Part shown: piece by piece, positions 48,818-58,323 of the stretch
How positions within the stretch are numbered: position 1 is the stretch's first letter
Layout: the number at the start of each line of letters is the position of its first letter
Virus record (IMG/VR): IMGVR_UViG_3300037166_000075
Length of the DNA stretch: 64,000 bases
From: an uncultured virus (IMG/VR IMGVR_UViG_3300037166_000075)
Taxonomy: Duplodnaviria; Heunggongvirae; Uroviricota; Caudoviricetes
Reading direction: 5' to 3' (one strand)
Translations under genes and position numbers: made by a program
Notes under the pieces: generated by a model
Told to the model about the DNA's origin: nothing
The model's input: only the letters and a program-made list of their open reading frames with translations
The model's database searches: none

Positions 48818-49410
48818 CCACCACCTACTTTCACTGCGACGTCACCGGCCCGTGGCTCTGGGAGCTGCCTGCCGATGCGCCGCAACAGCCACACCTGCTG
48901 CGTCTCTCTCTGCTCAAGGCGGACAGCGCGGGCGGTGAGGCGACACCCGAGGTGTTGTTCGTCAAGCCCGAGGCGTCCTGGACGCTCGACGGTGAAACGC
49001 TGTTCCACGCCGGACTCGATGGCGTCTACGTGACGCAGTATGGCCAGCCGCAGGCCGTGGTGCTGCGCCGGTTCCTGGATTACGCGGCCGTCTCGGAGCG
49101 TTTCGTCGCGTACAACGCCGAGTTCCATACGCGCGTGCTGCGCCGGACTGCGGCTGACCTCGGCGTGATCTGGCCAGACATGGAGGTGGAATGTGCGATG
49201 CGGCGCTCCACCAACATCGTGCGCGTGCCGAAGATGCAGCCGGGCGGTGGCTTCAAGTGGCCGAAGATGAGCGAGGCGCACCAGTACTTCGCCGGTACCG
49301 ACATCCCGCACGGTCAGGGGGCTGAGATCGACGGCGCTGAGCTGGTGATGGCCGTCCGGCTGATCGACACCTGCCTCGATTCCGAATTCGCGGAGGTTGA
49401 ACCCCGATGA
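48814..49410 (+). CDS. DnaQ-like 3'-5' exonuclease fold with altered catalytic residues
   Basis: FHCDVTG, VAYNAEFH, C.M, KWPK.SEA. Confidence 0.65.
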   Translation: MTTTYFHCDVTGPWLWELPADAPQQPHLLRLSLLKADSAGGEATPEVLFVKPEASWTLDGETLFHAGLDGVYVTQYGQPQAVVLRRFLDYAAVSERFVAYNAEFHTRVLRRTAADLGVIWPDMEVECAMRRSTNIVRVPKMQPGGGFKWPKMSEAHQYFAGTDIPHGQGAEIDGAELVMAVRLIDTCLDSEFAEVEPR

Positions 49411-51248
49411 GTGGATCAAACGCCTTCGCCCTGGCACCGACGCGCGCCCAGGGCCAGTTTCTTGAAGCGGTCCGCAGCGGTGGTGGCGGTTTCGACCCTG
49501 ATGTCTGGCACGTCATGGATGCCAGGGACAATGCCCTGATCGCCACCGAGATCCTGCATGGCGCCGGCTCGTCCAAGTTCGTCTATTCCTTCCCGATCAA
49601 GGGGCAGAAGGACCCCGTTGCCGGCATCTCCGTCATCGGTGCCCGCCATCTCGCCGCCCACTACGGTGGCCTCAAGCATCGCCTGCTCGGCAGCGTGCAG
49701 AAGACGGGCGCACTGCTGACCTTCACCAGCTATCCGGCGCCCGGCGTACCGATGCACGTCGAATGCTCCCGCATTCCCGAGCTGGCCGACGAGCCCGATT
49801 TCTTCGAGGCGGTCTGCGAGGTTGAAGACATCAAGGCCGGCAACGCGGTGCAGATGATCCGCCGCGAACTGCGCTACGAGACGACGCGCGAGGGCAATCT
49901 CTACGATCGGCCGCACTATGCGACGATCGCGCAAAGCAAGGCGTACCGAAACGGCGTGCTCGCGCTGATCCCGCAGGACGTGCAGATCCAGTGGAAGCTG
50001 CAGCAGCTCGCGCTGGGAAAAGATGAGGTTATCACCGGCAGCGTAATCGAGGAGAAGCGCGTCGGTGTCCTGCAGTTCGCCGCCCGCAAGGGCATCCCGC
50101 TCGACCGGCGCGCGATCGAAGCCCTGACCATCGAGCAGATCACCGGGCTGTCGGAGGCGGTGCGCGGCGAGGGCCTGGACCAATTCCGTGCGTCTGCTCA
50201 GGCGCTCGGCATCGTGCAGACCAGGCCGAGCGAGCAGACGCATCCCGGCCTGGTCATGACGGCGAGCTCGCGGGCACCTTCGGCGCAATCCGGCGGAAAT
50301 GCCGAACCGCGGCAGCCCCGCCAGGACGTCCAGCAGCAGGCGGCTGCCACCGACGGACCTCCGGCCGGGCATCCCGCCAACGGACCGGCAGAGCCTTCGG
50401 CTCCGCAGCAGACCCAGCAACAGCCCACCAACAACGCGCAGCCCAGCGCCGGTCAGCAGCCTCAACAGCCGGCCCCGACCTTCGAGGCTTACGTCGTGGA
50501 CGAGTTCGGCGAGCTGCAGATGGACGGTGACCGCACTGCCTACTACCGCGATCCCGTCGTGTTCGCCCGGAGTTTCGTCAACCGTGCCATGACGATCGGC
50601 AACCTGCCGACGTTCCTGGAGAACAATGCCGATGCCATCGAGGACGCCCGCAAGGCCAACCCCGAGGCGGCGAAGATCCTGACCGAACTGGACGCGCTGG
50701 TGAAGCCACGGCCGGCCGACGGCGCCGGACAGCAGCAGGCCCCGCAGCAAACCCAGGAGAAGGTGTCGCGCTGCGTCCAGTTGCCGCAGAAGGGCAACCG
50801 GTTCGATCTCGCCGGCTACCTCGTGGCCCTGAAGGCGTCGGCCGACCAGATCACGGATCTCGATGACCTCACAGCCTGGTGGACCGAGCAGGAGCCGGTG
50901 CGCGCCAAGCTGCCCAGCGTGACGAAGCACGGGGCCGAGCACATCCTCGCCGATCGCCGCAGCGCGCTCTCGGCGCCGCAGCAGCCCCAGGGCGCCGGGC
51001 AGCAACAGGCCCAGCAGCAGCAGCCCGCGGCACCGCAGCCGTCGGGCCCGGACTGGAACGTCATGGCCCAGGGCATGCTGTCCGACATCCGGGCCTGCAA
51101 GAAGCTCGGCGACCTGGACGACATCGAGAGCAACGTCGCGCACCAGTCGCAAATGCGGCGCCTGGAAGCGGCCGACGCCGGGCTGGCACAGCAGATCCGG
51201 GACGCCAAGCAGCATCGCCGTGCCGAGATCGCCGGGGGGAAGCCGTGA
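49407..51248 (+). CDS. Large early protein with Q/P-rich linkers, possibly a recombination/annealing protein
   Basis: Adjacent to the exonuclease; globular N-domain ending A.SKA.RN.VL..IP; function inferred from position. Confidence 0.5.
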   Translation: MSGSNAFALAPTRAQGQFLEAVRSGGGGFDPDVWHVMDARDNALIATEILHGAGSSKFVYSFPIKGQKDPVAGISVIGARHLAAHYGGLKHRLLGSVQKTGALLTFTSYPAPGVPMHVECSRIPELADEPDFFEAVCEVEDIKAGNAVQMIRRELRYETTREGNLYDRPHYATIAQSKAYRNGVLALIPQDVQIQWKLQQLALGKDEVITGSVIEEKRVGVLQFAARKGIPLDRRAIEALTIEQITGLSEAVRGEGLDQFRASAQALGIVQTRPSEQTHPGLVMTASSRAPSAQSGGNAEPRQPRQDVQQQAAATDGPPAGHPANGPAEPSAPQQTQQQPTNNAQPSAGQQPQQPAPTFEAYVVDEFGELQMDGDRTAYYRDPVVFARSFVNRAMTIGNLPTFLENNADAIEDARKANPEAAKILTELDALVKPRPADGAGQQQAPQQTQEKVSRCVQLPQKGNRFDLAGYLVALKASADQITDLDDLTAWWTEQEPVRAKLPSVTKHGAEHILADRRSALSAPQQPQGAGQQQAQQQQPAAPQPSGPDWNVMAQGMLSDIRACKKLGDLDDIESNVAHQSQMRRLEAADAGLAQQIRDAKQHRRAEIAGGKP

Positions 51249-51961
51249 GCTACTCGGCGGCGTCGGTCTCCCCGGCCGACGCCTCGCCGCTGCACGGCGG
51301 GGATTGGACCGACGAGGAGAAGACGCGTCTCCGCGAACTGTGGAGCGGCCCCAGCTCGTCCGGTGCGATCGCGCTGCTGATGCACCGCTCGAAGAACGCG
51401 GTGGTCGGCATGGTGCACCGTCTCGGGCTGCCCGGCCGGCCATCGCCGATCAAGGGGCACCGTACAACTCCGGCCCAGCGACTCCCGCACAGCAAGCCGC
51501 CGGTGCTGACACTGCCGGTGCTGCCGAGCATGGTGCCGGTTGTCCCGGCCACAGTCGTCGCCCAGCGCGAGCGGCAGACGCCCACTCCGGAGCCGCCGCC
51601 GAAGCCGACCGTGTTCAAGCCGCGCGCCTGCGGTCTTTGCTGCTGGCCGGTCGGCGAGCCCGGCACTCGCGGCTTCCACTTCTGCGAGGCAGGAACACTG
51701 CCGGGCAAGCCGTACTGCGCCGAGCACGCGCGCCTCGCCTACGTGAAGGTCTGGCCTTTCGCCCAGGAGGTGTCGTGGGACGATGTTGCCCGCGAGGCCC
51801 GCCGGGTCGGCATCGTCGCCCGTTCGCCACAGCATGCCATCGCCCAGCTCAACGAACAGCGCCGCGCCAGGGGCGAGCCCGCGCTGCACGTCGATCCTGT
51901 CGCGGCGACGCATTGGATTGCTGCCGCATCGCCCGCTGTACAAGGAGGGCTTCCGGCATGA
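51245..51961 (+). CDS. gcrA: GcrA-like transcriptional regulator
   Basis: WT.E....L..LW...SKNAVVG.VHRL.L and C.WP.GEP....F.FC......PYC.EH..AY. Confidence 0.88.
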   Translation: MSYSAASVSPADASPLHGGDWTDEEKTRLRELWSGPSSSGAIALLMHRSKNAVVGMVHRLGLPGRPSPIKGHRTTPAQRLPHSKPPVLTLPVLPSMVPVVPATVVAQRERQTPTPEPPPKPTVFKPRACGLCCWPVGEPGTRGFHFCEAGTLPGKPYCAEHARLAYVKVWPFAQEVSWDDVAREARRVGIVARSPQHAIAQLNEQRRARGEPALHVDPVAATHWIAAASPAVQGGLPA

Positions 51962-52308
51962 CATCGCCTCTGACCATTGTCCGGACGATCGCCGCCCAGG
52001 CCGCGCAGCACGACCTCAGCTCGCGCCAGCTCGCGGTGTTCGCCGAGGTGTACTGCACCGGCGAACTGCTGAGCGTGAAGCACCTAGCCGAGCGGCTCGG
52101 CTGGCGCGCGAAGTCTCCCGTCACCCGCGCGCTGGACCGGCTTTGCGCGCTCAGCCTCGTGCGGCGCAAGATCGACCCGCGGGACCCCCGCATGATCCAG
52201 GTCATCAAGACCGATGACGGCAACCGCTACGTCGCAGTGCTGGAGCATGCCGTCGGCAAGGCGCTGTCGGCAGAGCCCGCGGCGGTACCGCAGAAGCGGG
52301 CCGCGTAG
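51958..52308 (+). CDS. MarR-type winged-HTH regulator
   Basis: LS.RQLAV, V..LA..L...K..VTRALDRL...LV.R..D..D.R. Confidence 0.85.
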   Translation: MTSPLTIVRTIAAQAAQHDLSSRQLAVFAEVYCTGELLSVKHLAERLGWRAKSPVTRALDRLCALSLVRRKIDPRDPRMIQVIKTDDGNRYVAVLEHAVGKALSAEPAAVPQKRAA

Positions 52309-52310
52309 CC

Positions 52311-52415
52311 ATGCTCCCTTGGATCAATCGCCACTTCGCCGGCTCCGCGGTCGCATTCGCGGTGGCGGTCGCTCTCATCGTCGCCGGCGTCATGCTGCTG
52401 GGAGAAGGAAGGTGA
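52311..52415 (+). CDS. Small single-TM peptide
   Basis: MLPWINRHFAGSAVAFAVAVALIVAGVMLLGEGR; TGATG-coupled to the next gene. Confidence 0.45.
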   Translation: MLPWINRHFAGSAVAFAVAVALIVAGVMLLGEGR

Positions 52416-52927
52416 TGAGTGACGATCTCGCGCAGGCGCGCAACCCGGAGCGGCGCACTGATCTACGGTGGGCGAGCGATGGAGCCGCGCCATCCGCACC
52501 CGAGACGGTTGACGCCCGCTACATCGTCAGCCGTCTGTCTGATGCTGGCCGGACGTTGCTCGCGCTCCCGGCCGGCCCTCACAACATCCACCTGCTGCAC
52601 GCCTCTATGGAGGTCATGCGCATGGCGGTCGATGCCGCCGATGCGGATGCCGACCGCCTCCGCCCACGCCCTCCATCGGCAGGGTCGATCGACCTGATGG
52701 ACGATGCGCTATCCTGGATCTCGCTCATTCCCCGTGACCGATATGTGCTGCGCCGGATCATCGGTTCCCGGTGCCTGGTTAGCCCGGTCACAGGGCGGCA
52801 TCTGTATTCGTGGCGCCGACTGGGCACATTGCTTGGTGCTGACCACAAAGCCATCAAACGGTGGCACGACCAAGGCATCGACATGATCGTCCGGGCGCTG
52901 AACCGGCGCGGCACGAGGAACGGGTGA
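52415..52927 (+). CDS. DUF6362-like HTH protein
   Basis: RL..AG.TL..LP, PS...I..MD.AL.W, SW..LG..LG.D.K....W. Confidence 0.7.
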   Translation: MSDDLAQARNPERRTDLRWASDGAAPSAPETVDARYIVSRLSDAGRTLLALPAGPHNIHLLHASMEVMRMAVDAADADADRLRPRPPSAGSIDLMDDALSWISLIPRDRYVLRRIIGSRCLVSPVTGRHLYSWRRLGTLLGADHKAIKRWHDQGIDMIVRALNRRGTRNG

Positions 52928-53292
52928 TGGTCGATCGTCCCATCATCTTCAGCGCGCCCATGATCCGCGCGCTGTCTGCCGGCCGGAAAACGCAGACGCG
53001 CCGGCTGGCAATTCAGCAGGTGAGGCGCCGGGTTCGGGTTGGCGAGCCGACGGTCGTGATCGTTGAACGGCCGTCGCCATGGCAGAGGGTCAAGCCTGGG
53101 GATCGCCTGTGGGTGCGAGAGGAATGGCGGGTTGGTCGTCGCTGGGATGCGACCAAGCCACGCAATCTCCCTCCACGCGCCATGACAGTGATGTTCGATG
53201 CTGGCGGTTCCGTCGCGAATGAAGGTATTGGCAAGGGCTGGCCCAAGGGCCGGCGGCCTGAAGCGACCCGAAATTGGGAAGAGAGAACATGA
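52927..53292 (+). pseudogene. ASCH-like phage protein, apparently C-truncated
   Basis: PI.FS.PM.RA...GRKTQTRR, GDRLWVRE; the usual SIHMPR.ASR half is absent. Confidence 0.55.
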
Positions 53293-54641
53293 GAAACAGG
53301 ACTGACCCACTTGAGGCGCGCGCCCGGGAACTGGCGATGGCGGCCGGGAAGAACCCGGATGACCGTGTCACCGTTCCCGGTAAGCCGCGCGGCATGCCGA
53401 CGTGGTGCCTGTACCGCGGCGATGCCCGCGTCGAGCAGAATGCCCGCGAGCAGTCTGCACTGGCAGCGGAGAACGCCAGTCTTCGCCCGCAGGCGCCGCA
53501 ATACCAGGATGGCCCGCTTACCGTCCTCGGCGCACACGACTACGCCACCATCGAGCAGATGCGGAACTGCATGAAGGTCGGCAACGTCGTGGCCGGCGTG
53601 ATCTGTGCTGATGGCCATCTCGGCTATGCGCAGCCCGTTGGCGGCGTCGTTGCCTATGAGCGGCAGGTTTCCATCTCTGGCGTGGGATTCGACATCGGCT
53701 GCGGCAACATGGCCGTACGGCTCGACGTTCCGTTCTCGACCATCGAGGATCGGGTCGGCGCGATCATGGCCGACATTGCGCACGTCGTCTCATTCGGCAT
53801 CGGACGGCCGAACGGCGAGAGAGTCGAGCACGAGCTGCTGGACGATACCGAAGCGTGGGCGGCCTCCGGGATGGAGGAGTACCGGCCGAAGGCGGCGGCG
53901 CAGCTCGGCACGGTCGGTGGCGGCAACCACTACGTCGATCTGCTGCGCGACGAGAGCGGCCTGGTGTGGATTGGGGTCCATTTCGGCTCGCGTGGCCTCG
54001 GCCACACCACCGCGACGAAGTACTTGAAGCTGGCGGGAGGCAAGGACGGCATGAACGTTCCGCCCGCCATCGTGGACGAGGACTCCGACGTCGGGCGTGC
54101 CTACCTCGCCGCGATGAAGCTTGCCGGGCGCTACGCCTACGCCGGGCGGGAATGGGTGTGCGAGCGTGTCCGCCGGATCATTGGTGGAACCGTGACGGAT
54201 ACCGTGCACAACCACCACAACTATGCCTGGCGCGAGCGGCACGCCGATCGTGATCTCTGGGTTGTTCGCAAGGGCGCCACTCCCGCCTTCCCCGGCCAGC
54301 GTGGTTTCGTCGGTGGCTCCATGGGCGACGACGCCGTGATCCTTGAGGGCGTCGAGAGCGAGCAATCGAAGGCAGCGCTCTACTCCACGGTACACGGTGC
54401 CGGGCGCTTGTTCGGCAGGAAAGAAGCCAAGCGACGCTTCGCCCGGCCGGAGATGGACTCCTGGTTGCGCGAGCGCGGCGTCACGCTGATCGGCGGCGAT
54501 CTCGACGAAAGCCCGATGGCCTATCGCCGGCTGCCGGATGTCCTGTCGGCGTGTGCCGACAGTGTCCGGGTGCTGCATACCCTGCGCCCGGTCGGCGTGG
54601 TCATGGCCGGGGAAGGCGAATTCGACCCCTGGAAGGACTGA
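53289..54641 (+). CDS. rtcB: RtcB family RNA ligase
   Basis: D.H.G, G.DIGCG, GGGNHY, H.GSRG, HN, RKGAT, HGAGR, DE.P.AY. Confidence 0.95.
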   Translation: MRNRTDPLEARARELAMAAGKNPDDRVTVPGKPRGMPTWCLYRGDARVEQNAREQSALAAENASLRPQAPQYQDGPLTVLGAHDYATIEQMRNCMKVGNVVAGVICADGHLGYAQPVGGVVAYERQVSISGVGFDIGCGNMAVRLDVPFSTIEDRVGAIMADIAHVVSFGIGRPNGERVEHELLDDTEAWAASGMEEYRPKAAAQLGTVGGGNHYVDLLRDESGLVWIGVHFGSRGLGHTTATKYLKLAGGKDGMNVPPAIVDEDSDVGRAYLAAMKLAGRYAYAGREWVCERVRRIIGGTVTDTVHNHHNYAWRERHADRDLWVVRKGATPAFPGQRGFVGGSMGDDAVILEGVESEQSKAALYSTVHGAGRLFGRKEAKRRFARPEMDSWLRERGVTLIGGDLDESPMAYRRLPDVLSACADSVRVLHTLRPVGVVMAGEGEFDPWKD

Positions 54642-54710
54642 CGGCCTAGCGCTGCTCAGCGAGCTTCCCGATGGCCTGCCGCAATTCCGCGGCAGTTGGA
54701 AACAAGGGAC

Positions 54711-54833
54711 ATGAGAGTGTTTAACGACCAAGCGATCGAGGCCGAGATCAAGACCAAGGGACTGAATGCCCCGCGTCTATCTCCGGACAAGATCGACGCC
54801 GTGATCGTCGGCGAGGACTACCACGTCTTTCCC
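54711..54833 (+). pseudogene. N-terminal fragment of a gp49/gp66-like phage protein
   Basis: DQAIEAEIKTKGLNAPRLSPDKIDAVIVGEDYHVFP, then similarity stops. Confidence 0.5.
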
Positions 54834-54931
54834 GACCCCCGCGAGCCGATTGCGGCTCGCGATCAGGTCTTAGGTGGTCGTGGGGGCAACCCCGCGGCCG
54901 TCATCGTGTCGGGACATCAGCCTCCGTCATG

Positions 54932-55342
54932 TCAGGGCCGCAGGCAGCCACGCACGATCGGAGCGCAGACCGCATCGTGCCCGGTAATGCCGTCATCAGC
55001 ACCCGCATAGCGCAGGGACACCACATGCCAGTCTCGCAACGTTGCTATGGCGCGGCAGTCACCGGAGGTGCTCAGGGATGTGGACCCGGCGCCTGCCAGA
55101 CTGATCGGCAGTGATACAGGCAGCAACGCCAAATCGGCGAGCGGCAACGCCATGCTGCGCGATGGTTCGACATAGCTCCACATCGCCACCGTCGTGCCGT
55201 CGCGGACGTCCGCCTTGTCGGGCGGCCCCATGCACTGCTCAAGGTCCGCGAGCGTGTGGCCTGGTGCCCATGTCCGGGCCTCGCGAGCCTGCTGCGCGCC
55301 GCAGGATGCCAGAAAGAGGCAAAAAATCAGCGCCAGCCGCAT
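54932..55342 (-). CDS. Lipoprotein
   Basis: MRLALIFCLFLAS-C lipobox; CMG.P, W.Y; further Cys. Confidence 0.7.
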   Translation of the reverse strand: MRLALIFCLFLASCGAQQAREARTWAPGHTLADLEQCMGPPDKADVRDGTTVAMWSYVEPSRSMALPLADLALLPVSLPISLAGAGSTSLSTSGDCRAIATLRDWHVVSLRYAGADDGITGHDAVCAPIVRGCLRP

Positions 55343-55349
55343 TTTCCCA

Positions 55350-55382
55350 TTGACGTGCATTGGGGTGTCCTATATATAGGAC
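55350..55382 (+). promoter_or_regulatory. Promoter with perfect 16-bp palindromic operator
   Basis: TTGACG-17-TATATA; GTCCTATATATAGGAC at 55367-55382. Confidence 0.65.
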
Positions 55383-55433
55383 GGCATAGAGCCGGTCACA
55401 GGACCGCTCGGAAGGTCAGCAAGGACCGCCGCC

Positions 55434-55667
55434 ATGATGGATCAGAAAATTCTCGCCAAGTTCGTCGATCGGGCCGCCGACCGCGCCGACATGATCGACC
55501 GCGAGCCAGCCAGCCCGAAGCAGTGCTGGTTCCTGGCCGGCCTGATCGTGAAAGGCGGCGACGAGACACAGGCAAGCGAGTTCGTTCTGAACACCAGCCT
55601 TGTTCTCACGAAACGCATCGCTTCCGGCATGATCGATGGCTATCTGAGCACGCGGAGGGCCGCGTGA
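55434..55667 (+). CDS. Hypothetical protein (moron gene 1)
   Basis: AAGGA RBS; PASPKQ motif. Confidence 0.65.
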   Translation: MMDQKILAKFVDRAADRADMIDREPASPKQCWFLAGLIVKGGDETQASEFVLNTSLVLTKRIASGMIDGYLSTRRAA

Positions 55668-56053
55668 TGGACGACTTCTCAAGTCCATGCACTGGCGATG
55701 TGGTCGCCGGCGATACGATCCGGTTCTCGGAGGGCGTATTCGGTGGCTCCTTTCGGCGCTCGCAGTTCCTGGGCGAGCGCCTCGTCGAGGCGCGGGTTAT
55801 TCGTGAAAGCTACGGCGCCGACCGACAGCAACACACGTTCACGCTGGGGGTTCTGGCATCTTCCGGCGTCGAGCCGCTGGCGGCTGGAACGACGATCCGA
55901 CGCAAGGGCCGGAACGTGTATCGAAACGGTACATGGCGCCAGCCCTGGCCAGATGAAGCCGCGCGGCGGCTGGTGGCCAGCGAGAAGCATGCTCGGGGCG
56001 ATGTAGCGCGGGCCGTCCGGCAGGCGCGGCGGGAGGAATACGACGGATACTAA
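55667..56053 (+). CDS. Hypothetical protein (moron gene 2)
   Basis: GD.V.GD.I.F.E, ESYG...QHTFT, KGRN.Y.NG. Confidence 0.7.
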   Translation: MDDFSSPCTGDVVAGDTIRFSEGVFGGSFRRSQFLGERLVEARVIRESYGADRQQHTFTLGVLASSGVEPLAAGTTIRRKGRNVYRNGTWRQPWPDEAARRLVASEKHARGDVARAVRQARREEYDGY

Positions 56054-56513
56054 CGAACTGCACGCCTGTGGCATGGCGCTCTACGGGCCCGAGTGGCAGT
56101 CGCCGCTTGCCCGCGCGCTGGGTGTGAACGCCCGCTCCATTCGATTCTGGGCGTCGGGTTCCCGGCCGATTCCGGAGGAGATTGCGGCAAAAATCCGCAA
56201 CCTGATGGGCGTTGCCGATCCGCTCGACCTGGATCAGCGGCATCCGTTCGACGACTGGATTCTCGGCGATGGCGCGAGCGATAGGGAATACCTTATCCAC
56301 ACGCGTCGGCCGCGTTTCATCGCTCGCATCGCTGCGGATGACATGGAATCCGACGACGCTGCTGATCGCAGCAGCGGAGTGACTTTCCATGGCGGCGGAG
56401 ATTCGGGCTACACGCTCTGCGAGATCGTCTGGATCGATGCCCCGCCGGGGGCGGGCGAGATGGTGCGTCTTATGGAAAGCGCGTGCGACGCGGTGGACGC
56501 GAGTGTCGAATAG
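56043..56513 (+). CDS. HTH protein (moron gene 3); start at ACG 56043 or ATG 56073
   Basis: ALYG..WQSPLARALGV..R.IR.W..G.RPIP; GGAGGA precedes the ACG. Confidence 0.7.
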   Translation, partial: TDTNELHACGMALYGPEWQSPLARALGVNARSIRFWASGSRPIPEEIAAKIRNLMGVADPLDLDQRHPFDDWILGDGASDREYLIHTRRPRFIARIAADDMESDDAADRSSGVTFHGGGDSGYTLCEIVWIDAPPGAGEMVRLMESACDAVDASVE

Positions 56514-56519
56514 CGTCCG

Positions 56520-56840
56520 TTACAGTACCAAAACGGAGAGTGCGAGAATGAGCCATCGTGCTGCCCACACGATTGTCCTGATGGCGACGGCAAAGCAGAT
56601 GCCGGCGCGGACGTACACCCACCACGGCGACGGTGCGTTCGTAAACTGCAGCTCGCAATGATCGCGCTGGACAGCCCACGACAGGAACCAGCACATGACG
56701 CGTGCCCACCGCTTGCCCTGCCGATTTGCGACGGCGCAGCGCAGCGAGACGGTCTGGTTCGGCAGGCCGCCAGCGAGCGCGTTGATTTCCTCGTCCGTCA
56801 TCACGCCGACGGTCTCGGCGTAACGCTAAATCTCGTTCAT
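56520..56840 (-). pseudogene. Membrane protein paralogous to 57585-58034, with in-frame TAG at codon 5
   Basis: N.L..G.P..TVS.R......W....C..L.....DHC is shared; ATGA coupling at 56840; TAG at 56826-56828. Confidence 0.55.
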
Positions 56841-57595
56841 GCCGCAATCGCCCCCAGCGCCGCATCAAGCCCGTCGAAATCCAGGTGCGTGGGCGATACC
56901 GCCGAGGTGTTCAGCCAGTCGCGGTTGAGCAGCGCGTAGGCTTCTTCGCAGTACTTCTGCCAGAACGCCCACGTCATCCGCTGCACCGTGTCCCAGGTGA
57001 TGCAGGCCAGGCCGTCCTGATCGTAGTCGGTCACCCATACGGCGTGACCGCCCCAAGTTCCGGGTGCGCTGCCGACGTCCCACACCGGCTGATTCTGGGC
57101 GCTATCGGGCAGCAGCAGCCCGACGTAGAGGCCGCCGAAGTGATAGATGGCCTCGCGCACGTCGGCGTCGTTGCCTGGTTGCAGCGCCGCCCACAGAGTC
57201 ACGTCCTCGTCCTGCCGCCCAATGTCCCAACCATGCCGCGACCAAGCGCCGAGCACGTCGGTCTCGACGGCACCCTGGTCGGTCGCCGGCTTGCCGGGCC
57301 GATAGCCGGATTGGCCGTAGCGCGCCTCGACGATGGCGTCGGCCACGCGCCAGAGCGCGCCGTTCGCGGCGGTCCACGTCTGGATCGCGTTCGCCGCTGC
57401 CGCAATGGTGCAGTCGCCGATGGCGTCGTTGAGGTGCATTCCCCATTCGGAGATAATGCCGCTGCGCTTGCACGTAGGCGGCGGAGGCGGCAGCGCACGC
57501 CGCCGGAAGTCCGCCAGCTTCGGCACGATCATGCCTGCGTGAGGCGGCCGACGGCCGAGCTTGACGAGACGATGATCAGGAAAATCAAGCATCAA
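56837..57595 (-). CDS. Papain-like (C1-type) cysteine peptidase
   Basis: ND..GDCT.AA, GGHAV...YD, TW motifs. Confidence 0.7.
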   Translation of the reverse strand: MMLDFPDHRLVKLGRRPPHAGMIVPKLADFRRRALPPPPPTCKRSGIISEWGMHLNDAIGDCTIAAAANAIQTWTAANGALWRVADAIVEARYGQSGYRPGKPATDQGAVETDVLGAWSRHGWDIGRQDEDVTLWAALQPGNDADVREAIYHFGGLYVGLLLPDSAQNQPVWDVGSAPGTWGGHAVWVTDYDQDGLACITWDTVQRMTWAFWQKYCEEAYALLNRDWLNTSAVSPTHLDFDGLDAALGAIAA

Positions 57596-58034
57596 CGTCT
57601 CCTTTGCCGGCTGATTTTTTCAACTCGTACAACACGATCTCCAGCGGCTCCCCGCTCCACCGCCAGATGCGATACCCGCTAGGAGTCCCCGGAGTAATCG
57701 CCCAAGTGCAGTGATCCTGGGTCGAGCCGACGAGTCGTCCCGCCATAGTCAAAAGCGTGCATGCGATGCGAGCCAACCATCCCCACGGCTTGCCACCGTC
57801 CTTGCGGCACCATGCAGTACGTTGCGATACAGTTTCGTATGGCGCCCCCAGCAAAACGGTATTCAATGCCTCGTCGTCCAGGATCAGCGCGTTGATGCCA
57901 AACCTTCGGTCGATCAGGGTTAGGAACGCCGCCGCGACGGTCCACGCCGCCAGAATCGGCACGATAATAACCCCGACTAGCAGAACGAATAGAGCAAGCA
58001 CTACGTGGTCAAGAATGTTTTTCAACGCGGGCAT
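57585..58034 (-). CDS. Membrane protein
   Basis: N-terminal TM segments; D...N..L.G...ETVS.R...C...DHC. Confidence 0.6.
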   Translation of the reverse strand: MPALKNILDHVVLALFVLLVGVIIVPILAAWTVAAAFLTLIDRRFGINALILDDEALNTVLLGAPYETVSQRTAWCRKDGGKPWGWLARIACTLLTMAGRLVGSTQDHCTWAITPGTPSGYRIWRWSGEPLEIVLYELKKSAGKGDVDA

Positions 58035-58038
58035 GCCC

Positions 58039-58323
58039 TTACCAGCGCCCAGCACGCAGCGTCCCCTCCACTGATGCCTCGCGATTTTCCAGAGTAGACA
58101 AATTTTGTGATTCTTCCGGCCGCCATCCGCATACTGCCGCTCCGTGCTTGTCATGCGCCAGCACCTGCCGTACCAAGCCGGGAGACATCGCCCCGATATC
58201 CGACGCCGCAGGTCGGATCGGTTCCCATCCGGCGCACGGGTCGGGACAGCTAGCGACTACGGCTGGCCCAGTTGAACAACTCGCGGCGATCGGCAGTATC
58301 GCTAGCAGCAGCCACCGCGTCAT
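58039..58323 (-). CDS. Outer-membrane spanin-like lipoprotein (Rz1-like)
   Basis: IAAS-C lipobox; C..W.PI.....D...QVL.H......CGW. Confidence 0.7.
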   Translation of the reverse strand: MTRWLLLAILPIAASCSTGPAVVASCPDPCAGWEPIRPAASDIGAMSPGLVRQVLAHDKHGAAVCGWRPEESQNLSTLENREASVEGTLRAGRW

